From: Callorhinchus milii
Taxonomy: Eukaryota
Assembly: GCF_018977255.1 (NCBI RefSeq)
Contig: NW_024704742.1
Coordinates: 99,636,001-99,700,000 of the forward strand
Direction: 5' to 3'
DNA: 64,000 nucleotides
Below, one piece after another: positions 24,303-36,560 of the stretch; positions within the stretch are counted from its first letter, which is position 1, and each line of letters starts with the position of its first letter. The position numbers were made by a program, and so were the translations under genes. Below the pieces are notes generated by a model. It searched no databases. It saw only the letters and a list, made by a program, of their open reading frames with translations, and had not been told where the DNA came from.

Positions 24303-24754
24303 TTGTCACCTGATGTTAGTATCGCACTGTTTACCGCTGACTCAAACTCTATGAAAATCTAAGGCTTCAACTATTTCATTGTTTTAGCTTTAATCCCACA
24401 TTTTAATTTTTTAAGTCTTAAAATTCAGTCTTAAACTGTTAAGATTGTGCAGAATTTTGGAAAATTCTTCCAAACAGTTTTATTTTGGAAGCTGGTTTTT
24501 AATTTAAAGAATTTCTGGAGGCATTACCATTTGCTAACTGCAGTGTGAATGTTGCTCACAGAGGCAGTGTCATAGGAACACAGGGATTGAATCTGTGTTA
24601 TTTTTTAACAGTATTCAACAACCAGAAGTCCAAGTCACACAAATTGGAGGCTCCTTCTGATGGTGTGTCAAGTTGACCTGCAGGAGTTCTGTTTTGACGC
24701 AATCTATTTCGAAAAGTCGACAGAAATTTGTCAATAAGCGTTCCAAAGGAAATC

Positions 24755-25095
24755 ACAAGTTTCGTCCGGATGAAGAGGGTTCTTTGGCCCATCTGATCTC
24801 ATCCCTCCAGAACACCCTACCTTATAGTCCCTCCAACATAGCAGATTTTTTTTTAATTGAGTCCAGTGTCCTGGGCTCTACCACCTTTCCTGGCAATCTG
24901 TTGTTGATAATCATCTGCAAAAAAAACCTCCTGGTATCTGTGCGGAAATTGTCCTTTACAACTCTAAATCTTTGTCTTCTTGTTGCATCTTATAGTAATG
25001 ATGTTCTTGGTTTATCTTTTCAATGCCATTTAAAATTTGATACACCTCTATGAGATCCCCTCTGAGTTGTCTTCTCTCAAGACTGAAGAGCCCTA
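24755..25095 (-). mobile_element. CR1 LINE 3' end
   Basis: The reverse complement encodes GLFSLERRQLRGDLIEVYQILNG and ends in a CR1-type 3' UTR (GATCAGATGGGCCAAAGAACC). Confidence 0.8.
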
Positions 25096-25529
25096 TAATG
25101 CTGCAAAATAGAACTTAGATGGACAGGAGGAAGCTATTCAGCTCTTTGAGTCTGTCCCAGCATTTTAGTACATCATGGCAATTTTTTAAATCCCATTTTC
25201 TTGGCTTTTCTCTATATCCCTCGCAACCCTACTTCCCATTTATCCATCTATCTCTCGTTTAAACATCCCAGTCAATTCAGCATCCACAGTCTTATTATCT
25301 TGGTCTGAAGTATTGAACCTGCTCATACAAGCCAGGGAAGCAGGTTTTCACTTGCTACTGTGTACATTCCACAGCTATTGAGTAAGGGACAAAAAAGAGA
25401 AAAAAGTTGTGAATTGGATTTCAAGTGACAACTGCTTCTGCTTTACACATGAAAGTTGTTTTTCTGTTCCTTCAGTGTTGGAATATGAAGGTGCCATTAT
25501 GCTTACTTTGTTTATTTTTCCTTCTGTGT

Positions 25530-25840
25530 TTCTGCTCTCTTGGCATCTGATACTTGCTGTGTACATTTCCACCGGGTGCCCCACCCAAAAGGCCATTCTT
25601 AATGTAAAAGTCAAGGCTTGGTGCACAGGGAGGCCAGTGGACTCTATAACCATAGAGTTTGATGTCTGATAGAGTCTGAATCTGATGTTGTCCTAAAAGG
25701 GCATGAATTGGCACAGAGCAGGCTCCATCGGGGATCAATGGGTAACAATAAGAAGTGGGTGTTCTGACTGATTTTTCTATCCCCATGGCCACGTGAACTG
25801 AAACCAAATGCTTCAGGAATAGATCAGGAATCAAACCCAC
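25530..25840 (-). mobile_element. Family C ancient SINE, degraded
   Basis: GGCCATTCT and CTGATTTTTCT...GGAATCAAACCC motifs shared with 17815 and 56310. Confidence 0.4.
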
Positions 25841-25914
25841 ACGTAATTTTCAGGAAAGCTCAAGACATATCACAGTAACAGAAAGACAATAGAATAGTAA
25901 CCAGTGTTGAGTGG

Positions 25915-26287
25915 TTTTCCTGCTTCAATTCACAGCATTCTCTTCTCTGGGTTAGAAAGTTGAGGGTTCATGCCACATGTTGATAATTTGAGCTCACAAT
26001 GCATGATGACACTTCAATGCAGTGTTTGGAGAGTGTTGCATTGTCAAAGGTGCAGTAGTTCGGATTAGATGTTAAAATAAGTTAATCTGTTCAGGCAAAT
26101 GTTAAATAGCATGTGACACTATTCAGAAAGAGAGGGGAATTTCTCCTGGTGTCCTGCCAACAATCTTCCCCTGGCTCTTTGTTGTTTTGTGCCGATTGGC
26201 TGCTGTGGTCACCTACAAATACGCACTTCACAGAAATTATTATAAAGTGTTTTTGATGTTATAGGCATTATATCAAATGCAAGTATT
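25915..26287 (+). mobile_element. DeuSINE, degraded, near full length
   Basis: Head remnant, GACACTTCAATGCAGTG, CTCCTGGTGTCCTG, and tail TATATCAAATGCAAG. Confidence 0.75.
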
Positions 26288-26317
26288 GCATTTATTGTGA
26301 AGGGGCAGATCAGTCAA

Positions 26318-26690
26318 TAGGGATTCTTCCTACTCAGCTCCTGTTAATCCTGCAAGCCAAGCTCCAATGGGCAGAGTGTTCCTAGTTGGACAAGCAATGC
26401 TAAGCTTCCCAGACAATTCTCTCAATGTCAAGCCATGCAATTTTAGTTGGTTAAACTCCAGGAGTATTTCAATACACACTTTGCGGGCCCCAAGTCTTGA
26501 ATCATACCAACCTATAGCCAATATGCTCTGGAATTAGGTCAGTGAGGGTGTCCCTCTGGGAAAAAGTACACATTCCATTCTAGACACAGGGAAATTTCTA
26601 ATATTAGGTAGCAATACAGATGTGAAACTCTCGGTCTTGTATGAAATATGGGGCTTCCGCATGCATCAGACACCCAGTGGACCGAAGAAA
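26318..26690 (+). repeat. Family D repeat, copy 2
   Basis: AGGGATTCTTCCTACTCAGCT...CATTCCATTCTAGACACAG...TCAGACACCC, shared with copy 1. Confidence 0.75.
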
Positions 26691-27319
26691 ATGCAAGTGT
26701 TAATATTTGTGGTTTAAATGTTTTTATATATTGATTAAACCAGCAAACTCATATTTAAACTCATGGCTCAGATCTGTAAAAACAAAGGCATTGATTGTAC
26801 ACAAAGCCTAAGGGGAAACTATCCTAGACTACCAAATAAGGTGGATTCATCAGATGGCCTTCTCTCCCTACTCCCTCCCTGCAAACAGATGCCTCTAATC
26901 CATAGCTACTGGGGGGCAACATGAAATACTGACAGATTGGACGCACATAATAACATCACTTTATTTATTGTCTTTGAACCAACTACCTGTCAGTTATTTC
27001 CTTCCAGCCTCTGACATCAGAAGCCCAAAACATGGAGCATGTAAACATTATGACACCTAAGTGCAAATATCAAATTACAAGTGGGCAGCTCTTGGACAAA
27101 CAAGCAGCAGACTGTTCAATTCCTGTGAGACATTCATTGTCTAAAAAGGCCAGGCTGAACAGCATTTTACATAATACACTTTAATTCAAGGAGCTCACAT
27201 GTAAATGTATTGAATACAATATCAATAAGACAATAAAGATCATGGATCATAATAATAATCCTTGCATTTCATATAGTGCCTTTCACGGTCTCAATATGCT
27301 TAATGGATTTTACTGAAAG

Positions 27320-27598
27320 GTTTAAACCGAGGTCCCGTCTGCCTATTCAGATAGACATTAAAGATCCCATGGGACTATTTGAAAAGATAAGGGAGCTTCT
27401 CCTGGTGTCCTGGCCAACAATCCCCTGGGTAAAAAAATTGATCATTCACTTTCGAGCTGTTTGTGAAACATTAATGTGCGCAAATTGGTTGCCATGTGTG
27501 CCTACAAATACACAGTCATTGCAGATTGTAGAAAACTCTTGTGAAGTGCTTTGAAGCATTTTGACGAGATAAGGAGCTGTATCAAATGCGAAAATTAG
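27320..27598 (+). mobile_element. DeuSINE core and tail
   Basis: TAAACCGAGGTCCCGTCTGCC...CATTAAAGATCCCATGGGACTATTTG...CCTGGTGTCCTGGCCAACAAT, a Deu-domain-like sequence. Confidence 0.85.
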
Positions 27599-27669
27599 TT
27601 CTCTCCCACACCACAACTTGTTTTGATCATTAATCAATCAAGGAAATGTATTTTTCAGTTTGTAACATT

Positions 27670-28160
27670 TAATAATAATCAAAATCCTTGCATTTGATTT
27701 AGTGACGTCACTTCGGGTACAGGTCTCAAAGCACCTCATATGATTTACTCTAAAGTGATGTGACTATGTATTTGTAGGTGCGTGCTGCAGCCTATTTGCA
27801 CACAGCAATGTCCCACACCAGTCATGAAACAAATTATCAATTTTATCTGGGCGATCTTTGGGCAGGACACTGGGAGAAATTCTCTTCGCTTTTTGAGTAG
27901 TGCCATGGAATCTTTAACGTCCATCTGAACAGGCAGATGTTTAACATCAGTTTGACATCTAAGTAAATCCCATGAAGCGCATTGAGACATGAAAGGCGCT
28001 ATATCAAATGCAAGGAGGCACCCCTGACAATGCAGTGTTCCATCAGCACTGAATTGGAGTGTCAGCCTACACTATATGAGGTCAAAGTCCCGATGTGGGG
28101 CTTGAGGCCACAATCATCTGACTCAGAGGTGAGGGTGCCATCAACTTAGCCAGGCTGTCA
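27670..28160 (-). mobile_element. DeuSINE, near full length, with a short + tail fragment inserted at about 27970-28015
   Basis: Reverse tail at 27670, Deu core, and reverse head ending at about 28160. Confidence 0.85.
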
Positions 28161-30269
28161 CAGCATTAAATTGTATTTTCCTGGTCTACAGCAAAAAAAG
28201 CACATCCAGCTTTCATTGGAGGTTGAAAATCCTTCACCAGCAGATTCTGCATTTTATCAAAGGGTCAAATTCAAACCATATGTGATTCCTCCTCCAAAGT
28301 TGTGTGTTACACTGTGATCACCCTCTCCCCACCCCCAACACTTTTTCCCCAAATGGTGTCAATTTGCATCAGTTTATGTTTTAAGTTTGCTTTGAAGCCT
28401 GTTCAGAGTGGAAACAGACATATTATATATAAAACCGATAGGATAATCATGATGAGCCGCACGGAAATATAGATTAAAAGAACCACAGCACAGCCCTTCT
28501 GGATACATAATGGTTTCAGGAAAACGATTATTAGGAGCACTGAGATTTATACACTGACAGAGCACAGACGCAGTTTTATTCTAAGATCCCTCCTCTGCCC
28601 CTTTGCTGTAAGTCACAATGATTGATAGGAAGGGAGAAAAGGGATAAAGGAGAGAATTGTGTGGGGAGAGTGGGGGGTGTAGTTGACTGTGAACATTTAA
28701 ACCTGACAAGTATTTAAATAATATGTGTGGATTATAATCTATAAACAAGGAAAGATTTAAGGTTTCATAAGATCACAAGGGGAAGTTTGAACAAAATACA
28801 GTAAAACTCCTGTGAGACGCCTTGGGACGTTTTGATGATGTGATAAGGAGCTAAATCAAATGCTAGAATTATTCTATTGGAGAACATCGTGTGGAACAGT
28901 CACAGTCTAGCTCATTACAAAGGCTGGAGCATTTAATCAGTTCTGATGAAACTTGACAATAATTGGCACCAAACTGATTTGAACTGGCACCTCACTGTGA
29001 ATTATGTGACGCTTTAAACTGTTAGAAGCAGGAAACTACAAACTTTTGGTTAATGTAGATCTGGGAAAAGGAGACACTGGGGTTGAAAAGCACTCCTCTG
29101 AATAGAGTTAGTATTACTGGTCTTTACCACATAAAAAGTGCCTCGCTATATGAACTGTATCTCAATCAGCACCCTCGCACCCCCACCACCACCCATACAC
29201 CCCCATGCGACTTGTGAAAACTCAGCTCCATCTGAAAGCTGTACTTGCGAGTCAGAATGACATACCTGGGTTTACTGCTGGAGAAAACAATAATTTGAAC
29301 TTATCGCACACAATTTACAAAGGGGAAAGTGTCAAAGCACTTTACAGAGACAGAGTGGGAGCCCGAGCAGGGGTGGGGATGGAGGAAAACGAGGTGAAAA
29401 GAAGCAATCAACAAACTTGTTTTTTTAGTATTTTGAAAGCGCTTAAAGGGAGGGAGGGAGTGAAGAGAAAGGATTTAGAGAGTGATTTCCATAGAGTGGA
29501 GCCCTTTTTCAGTGCTGTCCACTTCTATGTTTGTATGGTTCTATAGCGTGGCAGGGGACATGAAGCAGGTCGAACCGAACTGTTTACAGTTTACATTGCC
29601 AGCCAATTATTCTGGCAGCAAGGCATCAGTTCTCCTGAGGAGGATGTTGTCAACCCCCATAACAGCAGACAAGAAACAATACAGTACACATTTACATTTA
29701 TAAAGCGCCTTTCATGTCAGGAGGATATCTCAAGGGGTTTAACAATGCTAGCTTGCCACTCGAGCTATGGGTGGGAGCCGAGAGGGGTGGGGAGAGAACA
29801 ATGGTAAATTGTACTATTGTACCATTAATATAGGGGCACAAAAAGCAGACTTCAGAATCTTTGGTATGAGGTTTACTTGTATTAAGTGAAAATATGCTTA
29901 CTTATTATCCCGCAGACAAATTCACTCCCACACTCCCAAAAACCATTGATGAAAATAAAACCTGTTTACTTGCTACCAAGTAGCTGCCACACAATCTGCT
30001 TGCTGCACATTCCTTGCAGTCAACTATGACTGCATCAACTATGTAAACACACCTCATGTCCTACAGGCATGTTAACACCCTGCTGAAGCACGGTGTGGAC
30101 TTGTCAGTTAATCATCTTATCAGATCAGAGCCCAAGCTTAACAGGAATAAAGCTGAATCTAGAGATGTTACAGGAATGTTCTTGCCAAGGCAAGACAGAT
30201 AAGTACAGATAAAAAGAAAAACTGTGACTGCTCGAAATCTCAAAAGGAAACAGAAAATCGTGGCAATAA

Positions 30270-30430
30270 ACCAAAGAGCAAAGGGAGAGGTTAAGAGAAT
30301 TTTTTTACACACATTTACAATGGATTGTTAGGACGTGAATTCCCCTCTTAGAAAGGTGGTTGAAGCAGAAACCATATTCTCTTTTAAGACAGGAATTAGA
30401 GAAATATCCCAAAAGAAGAAATATAAAAGG
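30270..30430 (+). mobile_element. CR1 3' fragment
   Basis: Peptide NSPLRKVVEAETIFSFKTG (WN.LP..VVEA.T..SFK-like). Confidence 0.6.
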
Positions 30431-31029
30431 GGAGGTGGTGGGGGGGAACAGACGATTGGGACTAAATGGGTAGATTTCTTAGAGAACCAAACAAGCACAA
30501 AGGGCTGGCGTCTAGTTTTTCCGGCAGCTGTCATAGGATAGCAACCAGGAGGTGAGACTCGCATGTTATACCTCAGCTGTGGTCCTCCGCCTGGGTTGAG
30601 GTCATCTGACTCAGCAGACATTGGGATTAGAATCAGTGATCTATTGTCTGTGTAGTTTAGTGATGCTTTACTCACTTAAATCACACAATACACACCCAAT
30701 ATTGCACGTTAGCCTGTAAAATAACTTTATGCCTTAAAATTTAAGATTGTATGCCATTGTGAAATATTCTTAAATTCAATTGTAATTTGCATCTCAGCTC
30801 TTTTTTAATAACTTTGCAAAACCAGTTTCTGAATTAGGATTGAAATTAAGAACTTGTCTTGCATCATTTTTAACAAAATGATCTTAACGCTAATACCAGG
30901 TGGAATTTGGGGCCTTACATTTGCTGCTGGTCCAGAGGGAACCCTTCACCTTCACTCCTGTGGTAAGACCTAATCATTGGGGATAAAATTCCACCTGGAT
31001 CTAAATTTACTCTGTGTCTACCTGTACTC

Positions 31030-31215
31030 ATAGTATCTTTTATGGTCAGCGGGTGTCTGACACAAGCACAAATCCATCATCGTGCTTAAGAGCGTCCAAA
31101 CCAGACTGAAAATTTCACATATGTATGCAAACTACAAATGAAAATTTGTCTGTGCCTGTAATGGAATGTGCACCCTCCCCTGGAGGGTTGCACCCCACTT
31201 ACCTAATTCTGGGGA
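31030..31215 (-). repeat. Family D repeat, copy 3 (truncated by the adjacent L2)
   Basis: Reverse complement GAATTAGGTAAG...CACATTCCATTACAGGCACAG...GTGTCAGACACCCGCTGAC. Confidence 0.7.
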
Positions 31216-31220
31216 GTATT

Positions 31221-31885
31221 ACAACAATAGCAACTTGCATTTATATAACGCTTTTCACTCCGGGTAGCGTCCTGAAGCGCTTAACAGCGGTGGAGTCTGA
31301 CCCCAGGGCAGGGGGAGAGGGAGTGGAGAGGTGACCATAAGCACGATCAAGAAGGAAGGTCTTTAGGCAGGATTTGAAAGTGGGAGGGGAGGGGACAAGG
31401 CAGAGGGAGAGAGTTCTAGAGCTTCAGGGCATAGTGGCTGAAAGCACTGCCACTGATGGTGGAGCAGAGGGGACAAGGGACGACCAGAAAGCTGGAGCCT
31501 GCCGAGTGGAAGCAGTGGGTGGGTGGTGGAGTGGGGGGTGAGCAAGTCAGAAAGGTAGGGAGGTATGAGGACATGAAGGGATTTGAAAATAAGAGAGAGA
31601 ACTTTGAAGTTGATCCGTTTGGAAAGTGGGAGCCAGTGAAGCCTGGCAAGGACTGGTGTGATGGGGGTACAGAGTTTTGTGTGGGTTAGTATCTGGGCGG
31701 CAGAGTTCTGAATTAATTGTATTTTATGTATGGTGGAGCTGGGGAGGCTAGCGAGGAGGGCATTTGAAAAGTCCAGCTGGGAAGTGACAAAAGGATGGAC
31801 AAGGGTTTCGGCTGCTGTGGGTATGAGGTATGGCTGGAGGCGGGCAATGTGGCGCAGGTGGAAAAAAGGTGGAAAATTAGGCACA
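31221..31885 (-). mobile_element. L2 LINE 3' fragment
   Basis: ORF 31363-31884: FFHLRHIARLQPYL...LDFSNALL...QLIQNSAA...LHWLPLSKRINFKVL, with an L2 tail at 31221. Confidence 0.93.
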
Positions 31886-34239
31886 GGTTGGCAAGAGCCA
31901 AGAGTTAGAAACCCCAGGGCTTTTTGCTCACAGTGTGTGTATGAAGATGAATGTCCAGATATTTAAACATACAGTATATTCTTGGCATTTACGCAATTCT
32001 TTCTGTAGCCATCAAAATATATTACAATCTCTTCCAATCCTGACGTTTTACATCATTCGTTTCATAAGGCTCAACACAAACAGAGCATTTCTTCCATAAA
32101 AATAAAATTAACTGCATAGATCTTTGGCGATGGGGCTGGGAGTGCTTAGCATCGTCTGAAAATGCAGTGAGATCCAAACACAGAGCTCAGAGAAATTAAA
32201 ACTGGAGACACTACTGCGAATATTACCATAATTGTTTCCTCCCTACATTTCTATTCAGCTCGTTTCATCCGTAAGGGCTTTTGCTCCCTTTCCTTCATCA
32301 TTTGAGCAAAAACGGATGACTTTAGACCACATAAATCACCAGCCCAACAACAGGAATGCAATATTACTGAAAATAACTGAAGAAGCACTGAAAATGGAAG
32401 GGTGGGCAAATTGATTTTCTAAAATGAGCTATTGTTTCTGATCCTGTAATTTAAAAATTGAAGGAGGTTCCTTCGACAATTTAACTTAAGCGACCTTTAA
32501 TCCAGAATTAGGGATATAAAAAGCTGCTTTGTAATGAAGGATTCTGCTTTTCTCTGCACAGTATTGATCCTGGCTTTAAAGTGAAAACAGAGGAGAAGCC
32601 AGACAGACTGGATTACAAACATTGACAATCACTGTACAGGACTCCCTTCAGGAATTGCAGAAAGCACAAGCATGTGAGGGGTGGGGGGAGGGTAGGGTAA
32701 ACCGATCCTCTTGTGGAATGATTTCAAGGTCTTCACTTAACATTCATAAAAACCACAGAACAAGTGGCCAATAGCATGACAAAAAAAACCCCCAAAAATC
32801 ATAAAACAAAATGCAATCCAAGTGTCAATTGTGGCGTGAGATTCCTTCTTATTCCCGGGGTGAGTTAGGGTCTGTGGTATATTGTAAAACTTGAATTCCT
32901 TGAGTAGATTCAAATGGTTGTATTCTCCCAGCTCCCTGACCTTGCATATTTTGACATAAGTAATAACATGAAATGCTGGTCTTATCATCAGTTGATTTCA
33001 TAAGCACAGCTGACTAGTCCTCCAGCCACACAATACTCTGCTCCCTTGGCTGCCTTGGAAAAAATAAGTGGCACAGCTGCAGTGCTGTATAAATTTGTTT
33101 CTGCTGCATCTATTACTAAGTCTGAAAACTGTAAAGCAATCATTGCCTGCCGGCAGTGACATGCCTCCTGTCAATTCCACTAACAATTTGTTTTACCTCC
33201 TCCCATTTCAAAGTGCTGGTGTCCACAACAGCAGCTCCTGAAATGCATTGTGAATTGTCACCGTGGACCTTTATATACCAACTGTGTCATCAGAAAATTG
33301 CCAGCAGAGACTAATGGTGCCTTGTCTTCAAAGCGAGGCGTTTTTTTGTGTGTGTGTATGTTTTTGTTTTTGTATGTTACTGACTGGATCTCTGAGGAAT
33401 TCCCAGCCTGTGGTTTAAGTTATATTTACCTGAAAACCCCGTAATAAGCCTGGGGAAGTCGGTGCTCAGGTTTCATCCTGGAAGGGATTCAGAATTACAA
33501 ATGAATTGCCAGGAAACGATTTCTAGAGCAATTTAAAATCTAGGTGGCCGACTCAGTCAGCATCAGCTGTCCATTACAGTGAGGCTAATCCCGTGCTGTT
33601 TTCATAGCTATTATTTGGTGCCGTATTGATGCCTTTCAATTTTGCTTTCAAAACCATTGTAAGGCTTCAATAAATATCGATTTGTCCATGATAAATAAAT
33701 TGCTTCCTTTCCCGAATTATTGGTCACGTCGCAGGATTAAGAGGTGTATTTGATAGGAGATTTGAAACGTAGATTTGGGAAGAAAAACGTTGTCATGCGT
33801 GTTTCGGGATATGCGGCCGATAGTTCAGATTCTGGTAACAAATACACAATAATAAACACTTCACTATTTTCTCCACATAGGTCAACGAAATGTTGCATGT
33901 TAGGAAGAAGATAGCCTGCAGCATTTGACAAGTTGACAAGGTGCATGTTTCTGAAATCACTGATTAAAGGAAGATCTCTGATGGATATTAGTAATCCTTG
34001 CACTTGATGTAGAGCCTTGTCAAATCATTGAGACGTCTCAAAGCGCTTTACAGGATATACTGTAAAGTGGTGTGACTGGATGTAATTTGTTGAAGAATAA
34101 TAAATAGACATAGACAAAGCAATGCTAACATTAAGCCATTCTACAAAGAGGTACAGTGGGTTAGAATGACCTGTTTCTGCAGTCTTGTGTGCCCAGTCAA
34201 CATAGTCAACTCAAGACAGGACCACAGTAGTAATAGTTA

Positions 34240-34817
34240 TACTTGCTTTCCTGGCTCATCTTCCACCTGCCCCTCATCTCCAGCCCCCTCCACACCATGA
34301 AGCCCGAACCTCTGCAACTCCAAACCTCTATCCCTCCGCTTCAGTCCCTCCCTATCTGTCTTTTTATCCCACCTTAAAACCTACCTCTTCAACTACGCCT
34401 ATGTTCACCCACCACTCCCCCCTTCTCCCTTACTTGTCATGACTCTGAAGCGCTCTAACATGCTAATCTACATGAAGAGCGCTATATCGTGGAGTCCTGT
34501 AGCTCAGTGGTTAGAGCACTCGCTTTGCAAGCAAGAGACCCGAGTTCAATTCCAGGCAGGGCGAAACCTTGGGCAAGTTTCCTTACTCCACACGCCTAAT
34601 AATAATCCCTCCAAAACCAAAAAAGGCTTCATTTTCAATCTACGTCTGTTTGTGGGACATTGCTGTGCGCAATTGGTGCCGCGTTTGCCCACAAATATAC
34701 AGTCAATTCACTTTACAGTGTGTTCTGCGAAGCGCTTTGGGATGTCCTCCCGACGTGAAAAGCGCTATATCAAATGCAAGGATTATTATTATTATTTTCA
34801 GTGCAAGTTGTTATTGT
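34240..34817 (+). mobile_element. L2 3' end split by a SINE insertion
   Basis: The pyrimidine-rich L2 3' region ends AAGAGCGCTATAT, and the tail resumes as AGTGCAAGTTGTTATTG at 34800. Confidence 0.75.
34489..34796 (+). mobile_element. tRNA-Ala SINE, short subfamily, full length, young
   Basis: Near-identical to 23973 and 47098. Confidence 0.95.
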
Positions 34818-35104
34818 AGTTGAATATATTGGCTTCATCTAATGACCTAACTCAGTTCTACAATGTCAATTTAATATTTACAATTCTGAATTGTGTTCAT
34901 TGTGGCTTTTGGTTTGTGAATATCAGATTGTGAAATTTGTGTCTGGAAAGGAATGAATCGTAAAATTGTCAAAGTGTGAAATAAAGATTGACGGGTAAAG
35001 TGGTTGGCTCCCACCAGTGCCTGAGCTCATGATCCTCAGATTCAGGCTTTGTCAACTGCGATTTTTACCGTGACTCTCGCAATTCAGAAGTCTCAATTTA
35101 CACA

Positions 35105-35400
35105 ATGTGATGTTAAACCAAGGTTCTGCCTGTCTCCCTGTTAAGGTGAATGTTGATAATCCGCTTAATACTCGACAAGAGAAGGGAGTTTCACTCGCTT
35201 TCCTGGCCTACAAACTCCCAGATAATATTGGTCACTCACTTCATATCTGTTTGTGGGACATTGCTGTGTGCAAATTGGCTTCCACATTCGCCTGCAAATA
35301 CACAGTCACTAGACTTTACAGAAAATCCCTTGAAGCCCTTTGAAACATTTTGATGACATGATAAGGCGTTATATCAAATTTAAGTATTAATATTAAGTAT
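35105..35400 (+). mobile_element. DeuSINE core and tail
   Basis: GATGTTAAACCAAGGTTC...GTTTGTGGGACATTGCTGTGTGCAAATTGGCT, followed by the tail. Confidence 0.8.
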
Positions 35401-35871
35401 TATTGTTATAGACTCTGTTGTGGATGTTAACCTGGACCGCAGGACTCTTTTAAAAGATTAACAGAGTTATGATGACACGGCTTCATCACATGGAAATATC
35501 AAAACACAAGTTACACAAGAGGAAATATACAATAACAAGAGGGAAAAAAATGTGACAAATGCTTGGATAATTATCACAATGATATGTTCCAAATGCTGAA
35601 CACATTCCATTAGGCATATCTAGGATAGGTTGTCCTTGCAAAAATACCCAGAGAACTAATTAAGCTACATTAAATTTAACAGTGGTGTTATTCATTTCAC
35701 CTTGGGCTTTGTTACAATTATCTTGGCTGTTGTGTTTGGCATATTGCACTGCTATTGTTAAAGAGATACTGTCTAACTTTGCCGGGCAGCAGTAAAGCAG
35801 TTACAATCAGCCTCAATTGTAATTCTGACTCCAATGATGATTATTCAGTTATCTACTAATTAACCATAAAT

Positions 35872-36100
35872 AACAACAACTTGCATTTATATAGTGGCCT
35901 TCACGCAAGCAGTGTCTCAGAGCGCTTAACAGTGGTGGAGCCTGACTCTGAGCCAGGAAGAGGAGGTGAACACAAGCACGGTCGAAGAGGAAGGTCTTCA
36001 GGCATGATCTGAAAAAGGGGAAGGAGTGGGCAAGGCAGAGGGATTGAAGGAGTGAGTCCAACGTTTAGGGGCGTAGTGACTGAAAGCGTGTTTCCTGAAG
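35872..36100 (-). mobile_element. L2 3' end
   Basis: Reverse L2 tail, with a peptide like FRSCLKTFLFDRA. Confidence 0.85.
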
Positions 36101-36141
36101 GTAGAATGGAGGGTACGAGGTACAAGCAGGTACAGAGTTTA

Positions 36142-36385
36142 AATAATAATAACAATAATCCTTTGGTATTCATTTAGTATAGTGCCTTTGATATCAGGAG
36201 GATGTACTAAAGTGCTCCACAGGATATACTGTAAATTGTAGTGACTGTGTGTTTTGTGGGTGAATGCGGCAGGCAAATTTGTGCACAGAAATAATCCTTG
36301 CACTTGATATATCACCTTTCACGTCAGGAGTCTCAAAGTGCTTCACAGGCTTTGCTGTAAAATGTAGCAACTTTGTACTTTGTAA
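36142..36385 (-). mobile_element. Two adjacent DeuSINE tail fragments
   Basis: Two AATAATCCTT[GT]..AAAGTGCT.CACAGG motifs. Confidence 0.7.
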
Positions 36386-36389
36386 GCTA

Positions 36390-36560
36390 TTGCTAGAAAA
36401 TGGGCTTAGATGTGATGCCCTTATGGTTGAGTAAGCTGCCAAAGCTTATTGTCCAAGCTCACACATAAACAATGGACATGTGGTTGAGGTACTGGAGGGC
36501 AGCCAAGGCCCATGGAACCAACCCAGCTTAGCCAATGTTTGTAGCGGATGGGAACAAATA
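36390..36560 (+). mobile_element. Family C SINE 3' part
   Basis: TGAGGTACTGGAGGGCAGCCAAGGCCCATGGAACC aligns with 23500-23625. Confidence 0.55.

Noticed and set aside
33880..33945. Possible exon (TTTTCTCCACATAG ... AAG|GTGCAT)
   Set aside because: All three frames contain stops and the donor site is weak.
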